From contig NC_045697.1 of NCBI RefSeq assembly GCF_009834535.1, positions 20,772,001 through 20,836,000 on the forward strand: 64,000 nt of DNA. The letters are read 5' to 3'. Positions 52,500 to 64,000 of the stretch are shown here, in pieces. The position numbers and the translations under genes were made by a program. Under the pieces are notes generated by a model. That model saw nothing but the letters and a program-made list of their open reading frames with translations, was not told the origin of the DNA and did not search any database. Numbering within the stretch: the first letter of the stretch is position 1; the number at the start of each line of letters is the position of its first letter. The DNA comes from Camelus ferus (taxonomy: Eukaryota).

Positions 52500-53914
52500 G
52501 AGGAAATATTAAGAAACATTTGCCTATGAAGTTTATTACTCTTCTTAGTGAATTTATAGTCTAATGTATTTAAATATGTATGTGTGTGTATATACACACA
52601 CATACACACACATGCACACACACACAAATAGATATAATCTCAAAGTGGACATAGGTCCTCTTAACCAGCAGAGAAAAAGACTGTTAATTAATAAGAGTTT
52701 TACAAAGCCAAGTGTCTGTTTTTTCCCTGATATTGACCTCTTAAAATGAAGGCTTTTAACTGACAAATTTTAAATAGATCAGCCAAATAGTGATAGTCTT
52801 TTTCAAGACTGTATTTTAACCCACTCTCACTTACACATTCTATTTATGCACATCTTAATTAGCCAGGAGATGAGTGGCCAGAAAAATACAGAGTTTTAAG
52901 GTTTTAGAACACAGAATATTAGTGTGTCTGACTGAGAAATCTGTTTTTCATGAGAGATTGTCTGCTCACCAAATAAATTCCTTACCATCTATCTATCACA
53001 GGCTTCAATTTTCCAACAGAATAGCCTGATTCATCACTGTTATGCCAACGACACTCTGCCCTATCTGTTGGTGCCTACTGATTCCCCTGGGGGAAACGTT
53101 AATATTTCAGGCTTCTGTGGAAGGTATTAGGTTTGATATCACAGAATTTCTCGCACCTAGGAAATACTAGAAGAGAGGATATGCATTGACTTTGACTATT
53201 CATACAGGAATTTTAGACACTGAAAGTGGAAAAAGATCTCAGAGAATTTATATTTAAAAAAAAAAAAAAACCTTCATTGTGTCCATGATGAAGGTGAGAC
53301 CCAGAGACGAAAACATGATATGGCTGACCACCAATCCAATTAGGTAAAAGATTCAAACTCAAGTTTTCTAATTTTAAACCCTGTATTAAATAGTCTATAT
53401 ATACCTTCCACCCCAGGCCACAAGACACGAGACAAATTGTAGCCTCAACGTGATAATGCTAGAAAGACTCAGTTACATGATGCTGACAGCAATTTTTTCT
53501 TTCCCTTTATATTTTGATCACTCTACCACTCTTAACACCTTCTGGATCTCTGTACCTCTTTTGGTCCTCTCCTCCTACTCTTGGTATTTATTCTTCTAAT
53601 TACTTGTTGTTGTCAAACAAAGTTTTACTCAAAGAGAGAACACTTCAGTTTCTACCATTGCCTCTGTCCTATTTTCACTACACATGTTGCCTTTTCTCAC
53701 CCATGCATATTTATATTCTGTTAGCCACTGTTGTCTACTGCTAGACTCCTATTTCTGGTTCTCTGGCTTCTAAAACCAGCCTCCTAAGTTCTGGGGGTGA
53801 AAATCACAATCATTCATTGTCCTGCCATCTGACCCTTGGAGATGCCATCTATGATGGGGTAGAGTTTTGGGAAAGGTGAAATGGGAACAATTTGGAATTA
53901 CACCATTTATGTTT

Positions 53915-54325
53915 TCATTCATTCACTTGGGCCTGGGTCTCAGTGGTTTATGAGAAGGCAATATAGCAGGAAAAATTCAGAAAATCTTTTGTCCTCACAA
54001 AATTTATATTCTAATAAGGGAGGTAAATGATAACAAATAAAAATAAATGGCTACATAATGCAATGTTATGTACAGAGACTGCATGAAAAAAAGTAAAGCA
54101 GGGACAGGAAATACAGAGTAATGTAGTTGATGGGATGTTTTAGGTTATTATGCTCAGGGAGAGTTTGTTAAGGAATAAGTTTTGGGCAGAGATCTGAATG
54201 AAGAGATTATTCTAATAACTCTGAAAGGAGCACTTTTGGAGTGAGAGCAGTCATGTGAAGATCACAATAGGGAGTAAAATGTTTCATTTGTGGAAAAAAT
54301 AACGAAGGTCAGACTGACAGGATGC
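53915..54325 (-). mobile_element. L2 3' fragment
   Basis: TTCATTCATTCAC...TCCTCACAAAATTTATATTCTAATAAGGGAG...GCAGAGATCTGAATGAAGAG. Confidence 0.65.
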
Positions 54326-55029
54326 ACAGTAACATCTTACATACAACAATATGGGTGGATCTTAAACCTTCTGTTTAGCATAATAAATTACTATTTGATT
54401 ACATTTCTAAGAAGCTCAAAAAAGGACAAAATAATTTATGATGTTAAAACAATAATTTATGTTGGGGAGAAAGGAGCAAACTGTATGGTTCCCTCTAAAG
54501 AGTTTGGAGTATTTCATTTTTTGATCATGGAGTATTCTTTTCATAAAAATTCATTGAGTTTTACACACATAATTAATGTTCTCTTCTGTAGCAACTTTAC
54601 TGCAATAAGAATGTTTTAGAAATCTAAGTGCAGGGAAAGGACATAAGCCACACATTGGGGAAAGTCAATTGCAATACCAGGAATAGAGAAGCCATCAATC
54701 TAGGTCCTGAAATGAAAACACCATTGTATATTGTAGTAATTCAGCAGATATCTACTAGCACATCCTACAGAATAGATGAACTTCTAAAAAGCTGTAACAT
54801 TACTCAGGTTCTAACAGGGAGGAACTTACAGTAGCTTTTAAGAGCTAAACCAGACAATTGAAATGCATTTTAAAACAATGGGACTTCCAAAATGGTGGCA
54901 ATCATACTATTCTATGGAATATAGTACAAAGCTATTGTTCAGTAGAAGAGACCGAGTACATATGAGGCAAGTGAACATTTGTTCATTAGGAATTTTATGA
55001 AGACAGATATTAATGAGCTGACATGTTGT

Positions 55030-55500
55030 TCCACTACTTAAGGTCCTTGGTTTATTTCTCCATGCCTATTCAGATAAGATCTGAATTCTTCATAATGGCT
55101 TATTTCTCTCTTTTTTCTTCCTCACATGCTTCATTTTTCACTGAACACATACATCCTGAAAATGCCTTCTCTTATCATTACACCTGTACTCACTGCTATT
55201 TTTGTGCTGAAATTTGCTGAAATATTCATCTGGCTAATTCTTTCTCATCATCTATACATTTCTTTCTCAGTGATATTCCTAACTCCCCAATACAGACTTT
55301 TGCGCCTTGTTTGAACCTCTAACATAGGACACTGACATGGCAACCATCACTATGTGTTATTAGTGCTTCTCCCCTCTCTACTCCTGGCTGAACTGTAGGG
55401 CAGATGCTGTCTTGTCCACTGCTGAATACACACCACCGAGCACAGAGTCTGGCACATAAGTGAGGCTTGATTCTTCTTGCTGAATGAATAAATGGAATGG
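55030..55500 (+). mobile_element. L2 3' end
   Basis: GCACAGAGTCTGGCACATAAG...TGCTGAATGAATAAATG. Confidence 0.7.
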
Positions 55501-57818
55501 AAGGAAAGAAGGAGGAAAGAAGAAATCAAGGAAGGACTGGATGGTGGAAAGACAAGACTGGACTAGAAATCTCTTTATTCCTGGCTCAAGGTTTTTCCTT
55601 TAAGAATAATCTACTCAAATGGATCTAGGGACAAGCAGAAATAAAAATTACAAAAATGATTCAAAAGGAAATTTGGGGGCTCTGATGACTCTTTAAAGGC
55701 ATCTCTTCTGTTATAGTTTACTTGTGTCTTCTGAGAGTGCTAATGTGTGGCCAGATAATCTGATTTTTGTTTGTTTAATTGCTTAAAGGTAATCCATTGA
55801 AATGGTGGCTAGTAATTCTAGTGCCACTGTCATCTTTATATTACTAATTTGTAATTGATATGCTTAACAACAGTGCAAAATCTTTCTGCCTCAATTTTAA
55901 ACCCTGCTTTTCGCTAATCTTCTACCATAGTCCATTCTAGATATTTCATCTTCAGAATGATGATGATATCTTCAATTTTTCTTAAAGCACTGCCCTAAAA
56001 TTCTGAAGTTTTATTTGGAACATTCTCATGTGTCTTGAAAAAAAGTCAATAGTGGTCGGTCTCAATGTGACAGAAAGAAAGACAATGTTTTTTATTTGAC
56101 CTGATATTTTAACAAAATCATCTCATAAATTAACAAGTATTGGGAGCTTTTCCTTAATTTTTATTTTTTCCAATAAATTTGGAAGACTATGATATATGCT
56201 CTCTTGTCTTCTAATAATTAATTCTCTTTAATTATTTAAATGTATCATTGGACAAATAATTCTGCATTGGATTTGATTTTACATTTTTCTTGTATTTGAA
56301 TTCCTATTTCTCTGTTTATGTTATGACACTTTTTTTGTACTCAGTTTTGAACAAAAGCAGCTAGAAGATCACATGCAACTGAAACTATAGTGACACAGAT
56401 TATTTGGGCATAATCTTAAGCAACTCAAAAGAGTTACCTGTTTTATTTTTTGCCTGTTGAGCCATAGATGGCTCTCTCAGTTGTAAGTTAGGATTACCAT
56501 TAAAACTTTTTTGTAATAATATATCATCTACCAAAAGAAAAAGTATCCATTTGACCTCTTCTAACTCTGGTTTATTATTGAGCATTTAGCAGAATATTCA
56601 CAATTTTAATGAGGTAAACTAAATTCTCCAATAAAGAACTTTAAGTTTATAAATCTGAGATCTTACATCAGGTTGTAAGCTGGGGATAACAGCATATTTC
56701 CAGGGTAATTAAATAGTAATAAAATAGGCACATTTCCTAGGCCATAGTCACAGATGTGAGAAGGGGAAAATTTTCAGCCTCGTGCAACACAAGAAATATA
56801 CATCTTTTAAAATCATCATTAGCTCCCAAAATTATAAGTAATATTTGATATTTTCCCCAGAATTTTCTATAATCCCAATTTACCTGTGTTCATTTACTCT
56901 GGGATTCACTTCTAAATTGCATGGTGCATAGCATCATTTTAACTTCTCACTGTCTTTATTCTTAGTGCCCCCACCCCAGATTTGTTTCTGTGAAGGCTAA
57001 TAGGCAAAGTTGGACATATTGAGGAGAAAGTCTTTGCTATGAGGCTTTCTCACATATCAGTTTTCATAAGCCTCATTAAACATATGTTTGTAATTGAGTC
57101 TTACTGTGCTCAATTATCTAGAGTAATCCAAGACAAAAGCATGGTTGAGCCAACATCATTGATTTTAATTTCCTTTCCATTATAGTAGGTACATGATTAA
57201 GTTGCTGTCTCTTGGTAGAAAGCCAAAAGCTACTATTTTATAGAAGATTTTTGCTCTTTTCTGAAAAAGTTTGCAATTAATTTACCAAAATGTTATTGAT
57301 CACCTTCTATTTTTAACTTAACTGTCTTATGCTGAAACTTGAAAGAAAAGGAGAAACAAGAAGCTCAATGGAGGCACAAGCCAGATATGCAAATGAGTGG
57401 CTGTCTTTTAAGGTGACCTACAGATTGTGCTAGAATGATGGTTACTATGGTTACCTTCAGAGAAATAGTGAGGATTAAAAAGAAAAACATGAAAAAATTT
57501 AACTATTCACCTGTTCTGTTACTATTAACTATGTTAATTATTTATCTTTGTTATGATTGAGAAAAAAATACACAAGAAGAAAATAGTTTCTTCATTAAAA
57601 AACGAGTAAGAGAAAACATTTAATACCTCTGCATGAACATTTAAAAATTCACTTTTTGTAGGAGAGTATAGTCCTATATCAGAGATGTAGCTCTCATTTA
57701 GCTAATCCAACAGCAGAATCTTCAACTGCTGCAAGCTATGATTTCGACTCTGTATCAGTTAGATTTTACTTTTCAGTAAAAAAAAAATCAATACAATTTA
57801 ACAGTTTAAAACAAGACT

Positions 57819-58392
57819 TGAATCAGTTTCCTAATGCTAGATAACAATACCAGGAATTCAGCAGCTTAAAATAATACAGTGTTATTACATTACAGTTTCT
57901 ATGTGTCAGGAGTCCACAAAGCTGAATCAAAGTGTTGGCTGGCTGTGTCTTCATCTATAGGGTTGATTTAGGAAAGATCTACTTCCAAGATCTCGCAGGT
58001 TTTAGTTTTAGGCAGAATTCAATTCCTCGTAGTTGCAGAACCAAGGTCTGGGTTATCTTGCTAGATATTGGCTGGTTACTGTTTCAGCTCCTAGAAATTG
58101 CTCTCAGGTCTTTGCCATTCAGCCCCTTTCTACTCCACCCTGAAGCAACTCTCCTGAGTCAAAATCCTCTCATGCTTTGATCTTACTAAGCACTTTCTTT
58201 TGAGAGTAGCCAGAGAAAACTTTTAAAGGGCTCATGAGATTAGATCAAGCTCATCCAGATAATCCAGATAATCTCTGAAGGTCAACTATGCCGTAAGACA
58301 TAACCTAATCATGGAAGGAAAACCCATCAAATTCAGAATCTCAGGGATAAAGTGTGTGTATATAAGACAGGTGAGAAATCCGGCCTGTCATA
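57819..58392 (-). mobile_element. MLT1E-like MaLR LTR nested in the MLT1H
   Basis: GGCAGAATTCAATTCCTCGTAGTTGCAGAACCAAGGTC...CTTTTAAAGGGCTCATGAGATTAGAT...ACATAACCTAATCATGG. Confidence 0.8.
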
Positions 58393-58640
58393 ACCAATTT
58401 ATAAATCTCATTAAGGCACTGGCCTGAGCTCAGCTAGTGAATTCTTCTGTATGGGATATTATTGGGGTTACATATGCAGCTGCAGTCAGCTGGACATTAG
58501 GCTGGGGCTGGATTTTTTTATGATGACCTTCTATGGAAGAGTTTAATGGAGAGTTGATGGAGGCCTCTCTCCAGCTTGATTAATCCTCCATCAGGGTAGT
58601 CTAGTGCTTATTACTATAGCAGTGGTAAGAGCTCTGAGAC

Positions 58641-58716
58641 GGAGAGAGAGAGAGAGAGAAACAGGGAGAGACAGAGAGAGAGAGAAAGAGGGAGGGAGGG
58701 AGAGAGAGAGAGAGAA
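58641..58716. repeat. (GA)n-rich polypurine tract
   Basis: Read directly from the sequence. Confidence 0.9.
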
Positions 58717-59594
58717 TAACTGTACAAAGCCTTAGATTCTGAATTCATGCTTTGCCCCTTCTACCATACTGTGGCCAAAGTAAGCCAGAAGTCCTGCCCA
58801 GATTAAATGAGTGGAGAAATACACTCCACATCTTTAAGAAAAAGAAAGAATCTGTGCTTATTTTTACTATCTACCACAATTACTTCTAGGTAAGATTAAT
58901 TAGGAGAGAGAAGAAAAAGTTGCTAAGGGAAAATACATATTCATAAATATATAATGATTTAACATTTATATAATGTATTCTAAGAATTAATACTAGAATT
59001 ATACAGTCAGTATTTTTGGATTGGATGATCTGGAAGAAAATTAAAATTTAGAAGAGCCAGATAAACAAAACTAGAAAATAAGTTAACTTTTACAGCTATC
59101 TTGATGCAAGAGGATAGGTAAGAGGGGACACTTTCAGCTAAAACTACATTTATTTCTTCTGTTTCAGTCTTGATTTGACCGGATTCTTCATATTTCAAAT
59201 GGTGGAATAAAAATCTTTGACTTGTCTTTCACATTTTATTCTCTGGGATGTATGCATATACAATGAGAGTAAAAACCACTAAACATCCTTCCTTTGTAAC
59301 CATTGTTTTAACTTTTATAAATATTTCTATTTCTGTTTATCATAGCAGGTTGAAGGAAATTTGCAAAACCTAAATACATCTAATCAAGATTTGTTATGTG
59401 TCAACATTTTCCCCTTGCTTTGCAAAATCTCACAGGAAGACAATGGATAAAAGAACTGAAGGAGACACATCTATTTATTCATTGGATTCCTAGTCTCTCT
59501 TAGACAATTATATTCAATTTACAGCATGAGTCAAGTGGGGGGAACTGAACATCTTCTCTACAATCAATATTACCATTATTAAGGACCTTAGTAG

Positions 59595-60092
59595 CCCGAG
59601 TGGTAGGAGTACGGCATCTAACACATTTTGGACATAAGAGCCATTTTAAATTTTATCCCCATTGGCATTAAAGAGCTTTGTTTCCATAACAGTTCAAAAT
59701 AGTAAAAGATACTCCAAAGGCTTATATATATAAAATGTTGGTAGTTTTGCCTTTTGCTAGAATACAGGACCCTGAGAGTGTATATAGCTCAGCTTGTTGG
59801 ACCAAAGCAGCCAAAGATAAAGGTGCTGCTTCAATTGCTTTAAAAAGAGTTGGTATGGCATATCCAGCATAATATCTGCCACTTTCATCCTTCAAATAGA
59901 ACCATCTGTGAGCCATGAGAAATCTACATTATCCAAAGGACTTTCTTGTGAGTCGTTATGAGGGGTCCAAAGATGATTTGTCAGAGTCACACAGTCATGA
60001 GTATTCCCCTTTGTTAAAGAAGGAAGATGTGTGGCAGTGATAGAGTTATTAGAGTGAGAATGAGTTAAATGGGGAGCAGCTAGCAAGAGAAC
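59595..60092 (-). pseudogene. pol: ERV pol remnant (tether / RNase H), frameshifted
   Basis: Peptides LLLAAPHLTHSHSNNSITATHLP, PLDNVDFSWLTDGS, YLKDESGRYYAGYAI, QQAELYTL and NGSYVQNVLDAVLLP include the retroviral RNase H motifs TDGS and AEL. Confidence 0.9.
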
Positions 60093-60982
60093 ACATGAAA
60101 AGATGGTCAACACCACTAATCAATGGGGAAATGCAAATCAATACCACAGTGAGATATCACCTTACACCTGTCAGAATGCTGTTATCGAAAAGACAATAAA
60201 TAACAAGCATGGTGAAGACATGGGGAAAAGGGAACAATTGTACATTGTTGGTGGGAATGGAAATTGGTGTAGTCACTCTGAAAGACAATATGGAGATTTC
60301 ACAAAAAATTAAAAATAACACTACCATATGATACAGAGATTCTACTTCCAGCAATTCCACTTCTGAAGAAAACAAAAACACTAATTTGAAAAGATATATG
60401 CACCCTTAAGTTCATTGCAGCATTATTTATAATAGCCAAGATATGAAAGCAACCTAAGTATTCATCAATAGATGAATGGGTAAAGAATAAGTGATACATG
60501 AATATAATAGAATATTATTCAACCGTAAAAAAGAATGAAATCTTCCCATTTGCCACAATATGATTAGCCCTAGAGGGTATTTTGCTAAGTGAAATAAATC
60601 AGATCGGAAAAGGCAAATACTGTGTGATTTCACTTATATATACAATCTAATAAAACAAAACAAATGAATAAACATAACAAAACATAAAGAAACTCATGGA
60701 GAACAAACAGTAATTTGGCAGAAGAGAAGGGAGTGAGTGGAAGAGTAAAATGAGTGAGATTAAGAGGTACAAACTTCCAGTTACAAAATAATTGTCATCA
60801 TGATGTAACATACAGCATGGGAAATAGTGTCAATAATATTGTAAATAACCCTGTATCGTGACAAATGGTAACTAGGCTTACCTTGATGATTATTTTATAA
60901 TTTATAGAAATATTGAATTACTGTGTTATACACCCAGAACTAACAGTGTTGTAGGTCAATATACTACAATTAAAAAATAAAA
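60091..60982 (+). mobile_element. 5'-truncated L1 (ORF2 C-terminus, 3'UTR, poly(A)) inserted in the ERV
   Basis: ACACATGAAAAGATG...GAAATGCAAATCAATACCACAGTGAGATATCACC...GTTCATTGCAGCATTATTTATAATAGCCAAG...ATACTACAATTAAAAAATAAAA. Confidence 0.93.
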
Positions 60983-62099
60983 GCTACCTGAGTAGACTCA
61001 ATATTTGAAGGAAGACCAAAATTTTATTTAAAGACAATTTGGAGCCAGTCATAATATTTGTACATGAGCTCATTTGGCTTCTGAGTACAAGCCTGAATCT
61101 TATTGCAATCAACAGGATTTGAGAATGCCCTAGGAATCACCTGATGAAGGCATTTAGCAGTTGTATAAGCCTGATCATATAACAAGCCAGCAGGGTCAGG
61201 TCCTGGTTCTAAATCTAAAGACCTTTCAGGGTTTTCCCAACTAGCAGTTTTCACACCGTGTTAAGCCTGGCCTTCACTGACAAGCATATAAGCTAGATAA
61301 TATAAGCCAGAGAAACTAGGTTAGTGAGTTCAGATTGGTATATTCAATTCCTCAGAAAAACTTTGAGGACCCCTGGTTACTCTGGAAGAATCTTTTAATA
61401 TAGTTCATAGCTCAGCTTTAGCCCAAAGAATGTAAAAAATTAGGAGTTTAGAATTTGGATCCTCAGAGGTTCCGACTTGAAAGGGATGGGTGGGTGGGTA
61501 ATAGGTTCAGAAGAAAAGAAAATGAGGAAAGATTTGGAGAAAAATGGAAATTCAGTTAGAGATTAGAAAGTGGAGGGTATAAAGAAGGTGGAACTGATGC
61601 AAAAGCAAAGGAGGAAGATGGTTCATGGGTCAGGCTTCAGTATCAGATGGCTGTTGTGTCTCTGGGGACAAAGGAGATGGAAATAAACAAGATGGTACTT
61701 GAGACAAAAAGGACAGTGGAGGGGAGACAAGACCTCTGCAGCTTTTTCTGTTTTCTTTCAATTGTTTGCCTCAGATTAGTTTCAAAACGATTTTTTTTTT
61801 AAGAAGGTAATTTTAGAATTCTAAATATAGGGATCCTCAAGATACCAGTTAAAATAAGTATCCCATATAATTTGTTTAATTTTAGAGCCATGGCTTTGGA
61901 ATTTGGTTCTTATAAAAACAAGTTTGGGGTGGTCAAAAGTTTCCCATAATGGCCACTAAAGTTCTAAATTATTTTTGGTTAAGTAGCCCCATTTAGTTAA
62001 AAATGCACATGAGGTGGAACCATAGCTTTTAAACATAAAACTAGCAGAGATCCCAGAAGGAGAATCCTCCTAAAAGAATTTAGAGAATGTGGATGCCAT
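60983..62099 (-). pseudogene. gag: ERV gag remnant (MA through CA), with stops and frameshifts
   Basis: ATG at 62099 gives MASTFSKFF*EDSPSGISASFMFKSYG...LEL*WPLWETFDHPKL (matrix-like). ORF 61024-61254 gives IPRAFSNPVDCNKIQACTQKPNELMYKYYDWLQ, resembling the capsid major homology region. Confidence 0.85.
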
Positions 62100-62361
62100 T
62101 AATCAAGGTCAGAGGTTCAGGAAAACAAATGAGTACTCACAAGAAAGTGGAAAGTCTTTAAATAAATGCACAATAAAATCAAAGAGTTCAAAACAGAAAA
62201 CAAAAAACAACAACAACAAAAAAAACAGCACTTAGATCCAGGAGAAAACTTACCCTCAAACTCAGCAAGAAAGGTTGAGCAAGAAAGCAGTGATCTCAGT
62301 GGGCTCTGTGGATACTGACACCTTCTTCACCAGCCTCAGAGTTGTTGGGGGTTGTCTCTGG

Positions 62362-62379
62362 ATCCCACTTCTGACATCA
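62362..62379 (-). promoter_or_regulatory. Retroviral primer-binding site complementary to tRNA-Leu
   Basis: Minus strand TGATGTCAGAAGTGGGAT versus TGGTGTCAGAAGTGGGAT, the complement of the tRNA-Leu(CAA) 3' end as recalled (17/18). It sits directly after the LTR. Confidence 0.88.
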
Positions 62380-62823
62380 TATAAAGTTGATCTTAAAACT
62401 AAAATACATGGTTATTTTAGTAGCAAAAAATAGTTTATTCAGGCTTAGCTGAGAACTTCAATTTGGGGAAAAAAAACATGTTATGACAAAAACTGTAGGC
62501 AAGTCTGGAGAACATAGAAGAGGGACTTGCCTTTATAAAGGAATAGAGGAACTAATAGAGGAAGGAGATGATTTCGAACTGAAGTTCTTTGGAGAAGAGT
62601 GAGAATTCAGGGTGGTGATGACTTACTGGCTGAGCTGTGATGATTTTTATTTGCTAGGCTATTGCTAGTCAAGGAGGAAATATTTCTTCCCCTTTCCTCA
62701 GGTATGTAAAGAAGGTCCTTCCTGTGGAGTCTGTAAACAATGGCTAGTGATAGTGCATGAGAGCTCCCATTTCTGGTCCTCCCAGCTCCATTTTAAATAA
62801 GGTTTACCCTGTCTGCTTCCACA
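62380..62823 (-). mobile_element. 5' LTR of the ERV1 provirus
   Basis: The minus strand starts TGTGGAAGCAGACAGGGTAAACCTTATTTAAAATGGAG, contains TTTATAAAG and AATAAA, and ends next to the PBS. Confidence 0.85.
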
Positions 62824-63544
62824 AATGTATGAAATATCCAATCTTCCATCTACTGATAAAAATCTAATTACAGATTTTATTGTGTTTTTGAAATCAATAG
62901 GAATATTTACAGTAAAGTAATGATTTTTTGAGATTATGATTCACTTTAGAAAAAAGATAATGTTTCCTTCATAATATCCCCCAAATGAAGCACATGGTTG
63001 ACACTTAAAATGTGTGAGGAGAGACCATATTCAAGATCTTATAAGATGGATGAGGGTCCTAAATTAAACAAGAATATTCTTGGTTAATTGCCCTGGTTTA
63101 ATGTTTATCCTAAAATACATAAGTAAAAACTTTACATGATGTTCAATAATTTCTTCTCTCATATTCCATCACTTACAAAGATGAAGTGAAATAATTTAAC
63201 AATTGTTCTAAGTCATTGTTAGCATTTGCATTCCAGGATCCCAGATCACCAACCATAGCTTTCTAGTGCTGTCTTAATTCCATATTTTTTTCTCCTCTCC
63301 CTCCTTCTTTCTTCCCTTCCTTTTTTTTCCTTACTCTCTTCTTTCCTTCCTTCTTTCAGCAAATTGAATTATTTGCATATTTACTTTTACAAGAAAAGAC
63401 TCCAGTGATATAGTGGTAAACCAAAAGCATAGTCCTAGTTATCGAAGAATTAGGAATTTGTGGTCCAACAGAGAAGACAAATATTAATAAACTAATTGAA
63501 AATCTAAACATTCAGTTATATATGTATTCAAGATGCAGGGACAT

Positions 63545-63897
63545 GGTATCATTGATTGAATTCATATGTTAAAGCTTTAGCCCTCAATGTGATGGTATTT
63601 GGGGTGGGGACTTTGGAAGATAGATTTAGATCAAGTCATAAGGATGGGACTATCATGGTGGTGTTAGTGTCCTTATAAGAAGAGGAAGAAGGACAAGAGC
63701 TCTTGCTCTCTCCCCTACATGAGGACAAAATGAGAATGATGCCATCTGCAAGCCAGGAGGAAGTCTCTCGCCAGGAACCAAATCTGCCAGTATTTGATCT
63801 TGAACTATTAAGCCTTCAAAACTATAAGAAATAAATGTCTATTGTTTAAGCAATCCAGTCTATGGTACACTTGAGAACAGCCCAAACTGACTATTCA
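63545..63897 (+). mobile_element. MLT1A-like MaLR LTR
   Basis: AATTCATATGTTAAAGCTTTAGCCCTCAATGTGATGGTATTTGG...GTCCTTATAAGAAGAGG...AAGAAATAAATGTCTATTGTTTAAGC. Confidence 0.88.
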
Positions 63898-64000
63898 GAT
63901 GACACTCAGAAGCAAATTTATTTCTTTATACCTAGACCTTTTTCCAGTTTTCAAGGCTCTGTGGTAGCAGAAAATACAGTCCTGCCAGTTGAAGGTAGGT

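Larger units (their letters stand above)
57751..58878 (-). mobile_element. MLT1H-like MaLR LTR (outer element, split by a nested MLT1E)
   Basis: TGTATCAGTTAG... at 57751, resuming after 58392 with GCAGCTGCAGTCAGCTGG...GGCCAAAGTAAGCCAGAAGTCCTGCCCAGATT...ATCTACCACA. Confidence 0.7.
59595..62823 (-). mobile_element. Defective class I (ERV1, gamma-like) endogenous retrovirus: 5' LTR, PBS, gag, partial pol; 3' part missing
   Basis: In minus-strand order: LTR, tRNA-Leu PBS, leader, gag (MA and CA motifs), an L1 interruption, then pol tether/RNase H motifs. Confidence 0.9.

Noticed and set aside
1..64000. CRISPR array, operon or other prokaryotic-type system
   Set aside because: The DNA is mammalian and repeat-rich, with no regularly spaced repeats and no long ORFs.

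Overview
AT-rich, CpG-poor mammalian non-coding DNA: an intergenic region or part of a very long intron. Two tRNA-derived SINEs that match the Vic-1 type point to a camelid source (alpaca, llama or camel). I found no intact protein-coding gene, RNA gene, CpG island or CRISPR array. A large share of the window is old transposable-element debris: MaLR (MLT1) and ERVL (LTR40, LTR33/16-like, MLT2B) LTRs, L1, L2, MIR and one MER58A. A decayed class I (ERV1) provirus lies on the minus strand at about 59.6-62.8 kb, with an LTR, a tRNA-Leu primer-binding site, gag and an RNase H remnant. The notable items are structural: an L1 insertion that appears to have deleted the middle of the provirus, an AG|GTAAGT recursive-splice-like site, MIR/L2-containing DNA inserted inside a younger LTR, a poly(A)-tailed 3'UTR-like insert, and an ERVL provirus collapsed to LTR stub + PPT + LTR. 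Repeat family names come from my recall of consensus sequences, not from a search, so subfamily labels and some boundaries are approximate. I cannot support a claim of a new biological system here.
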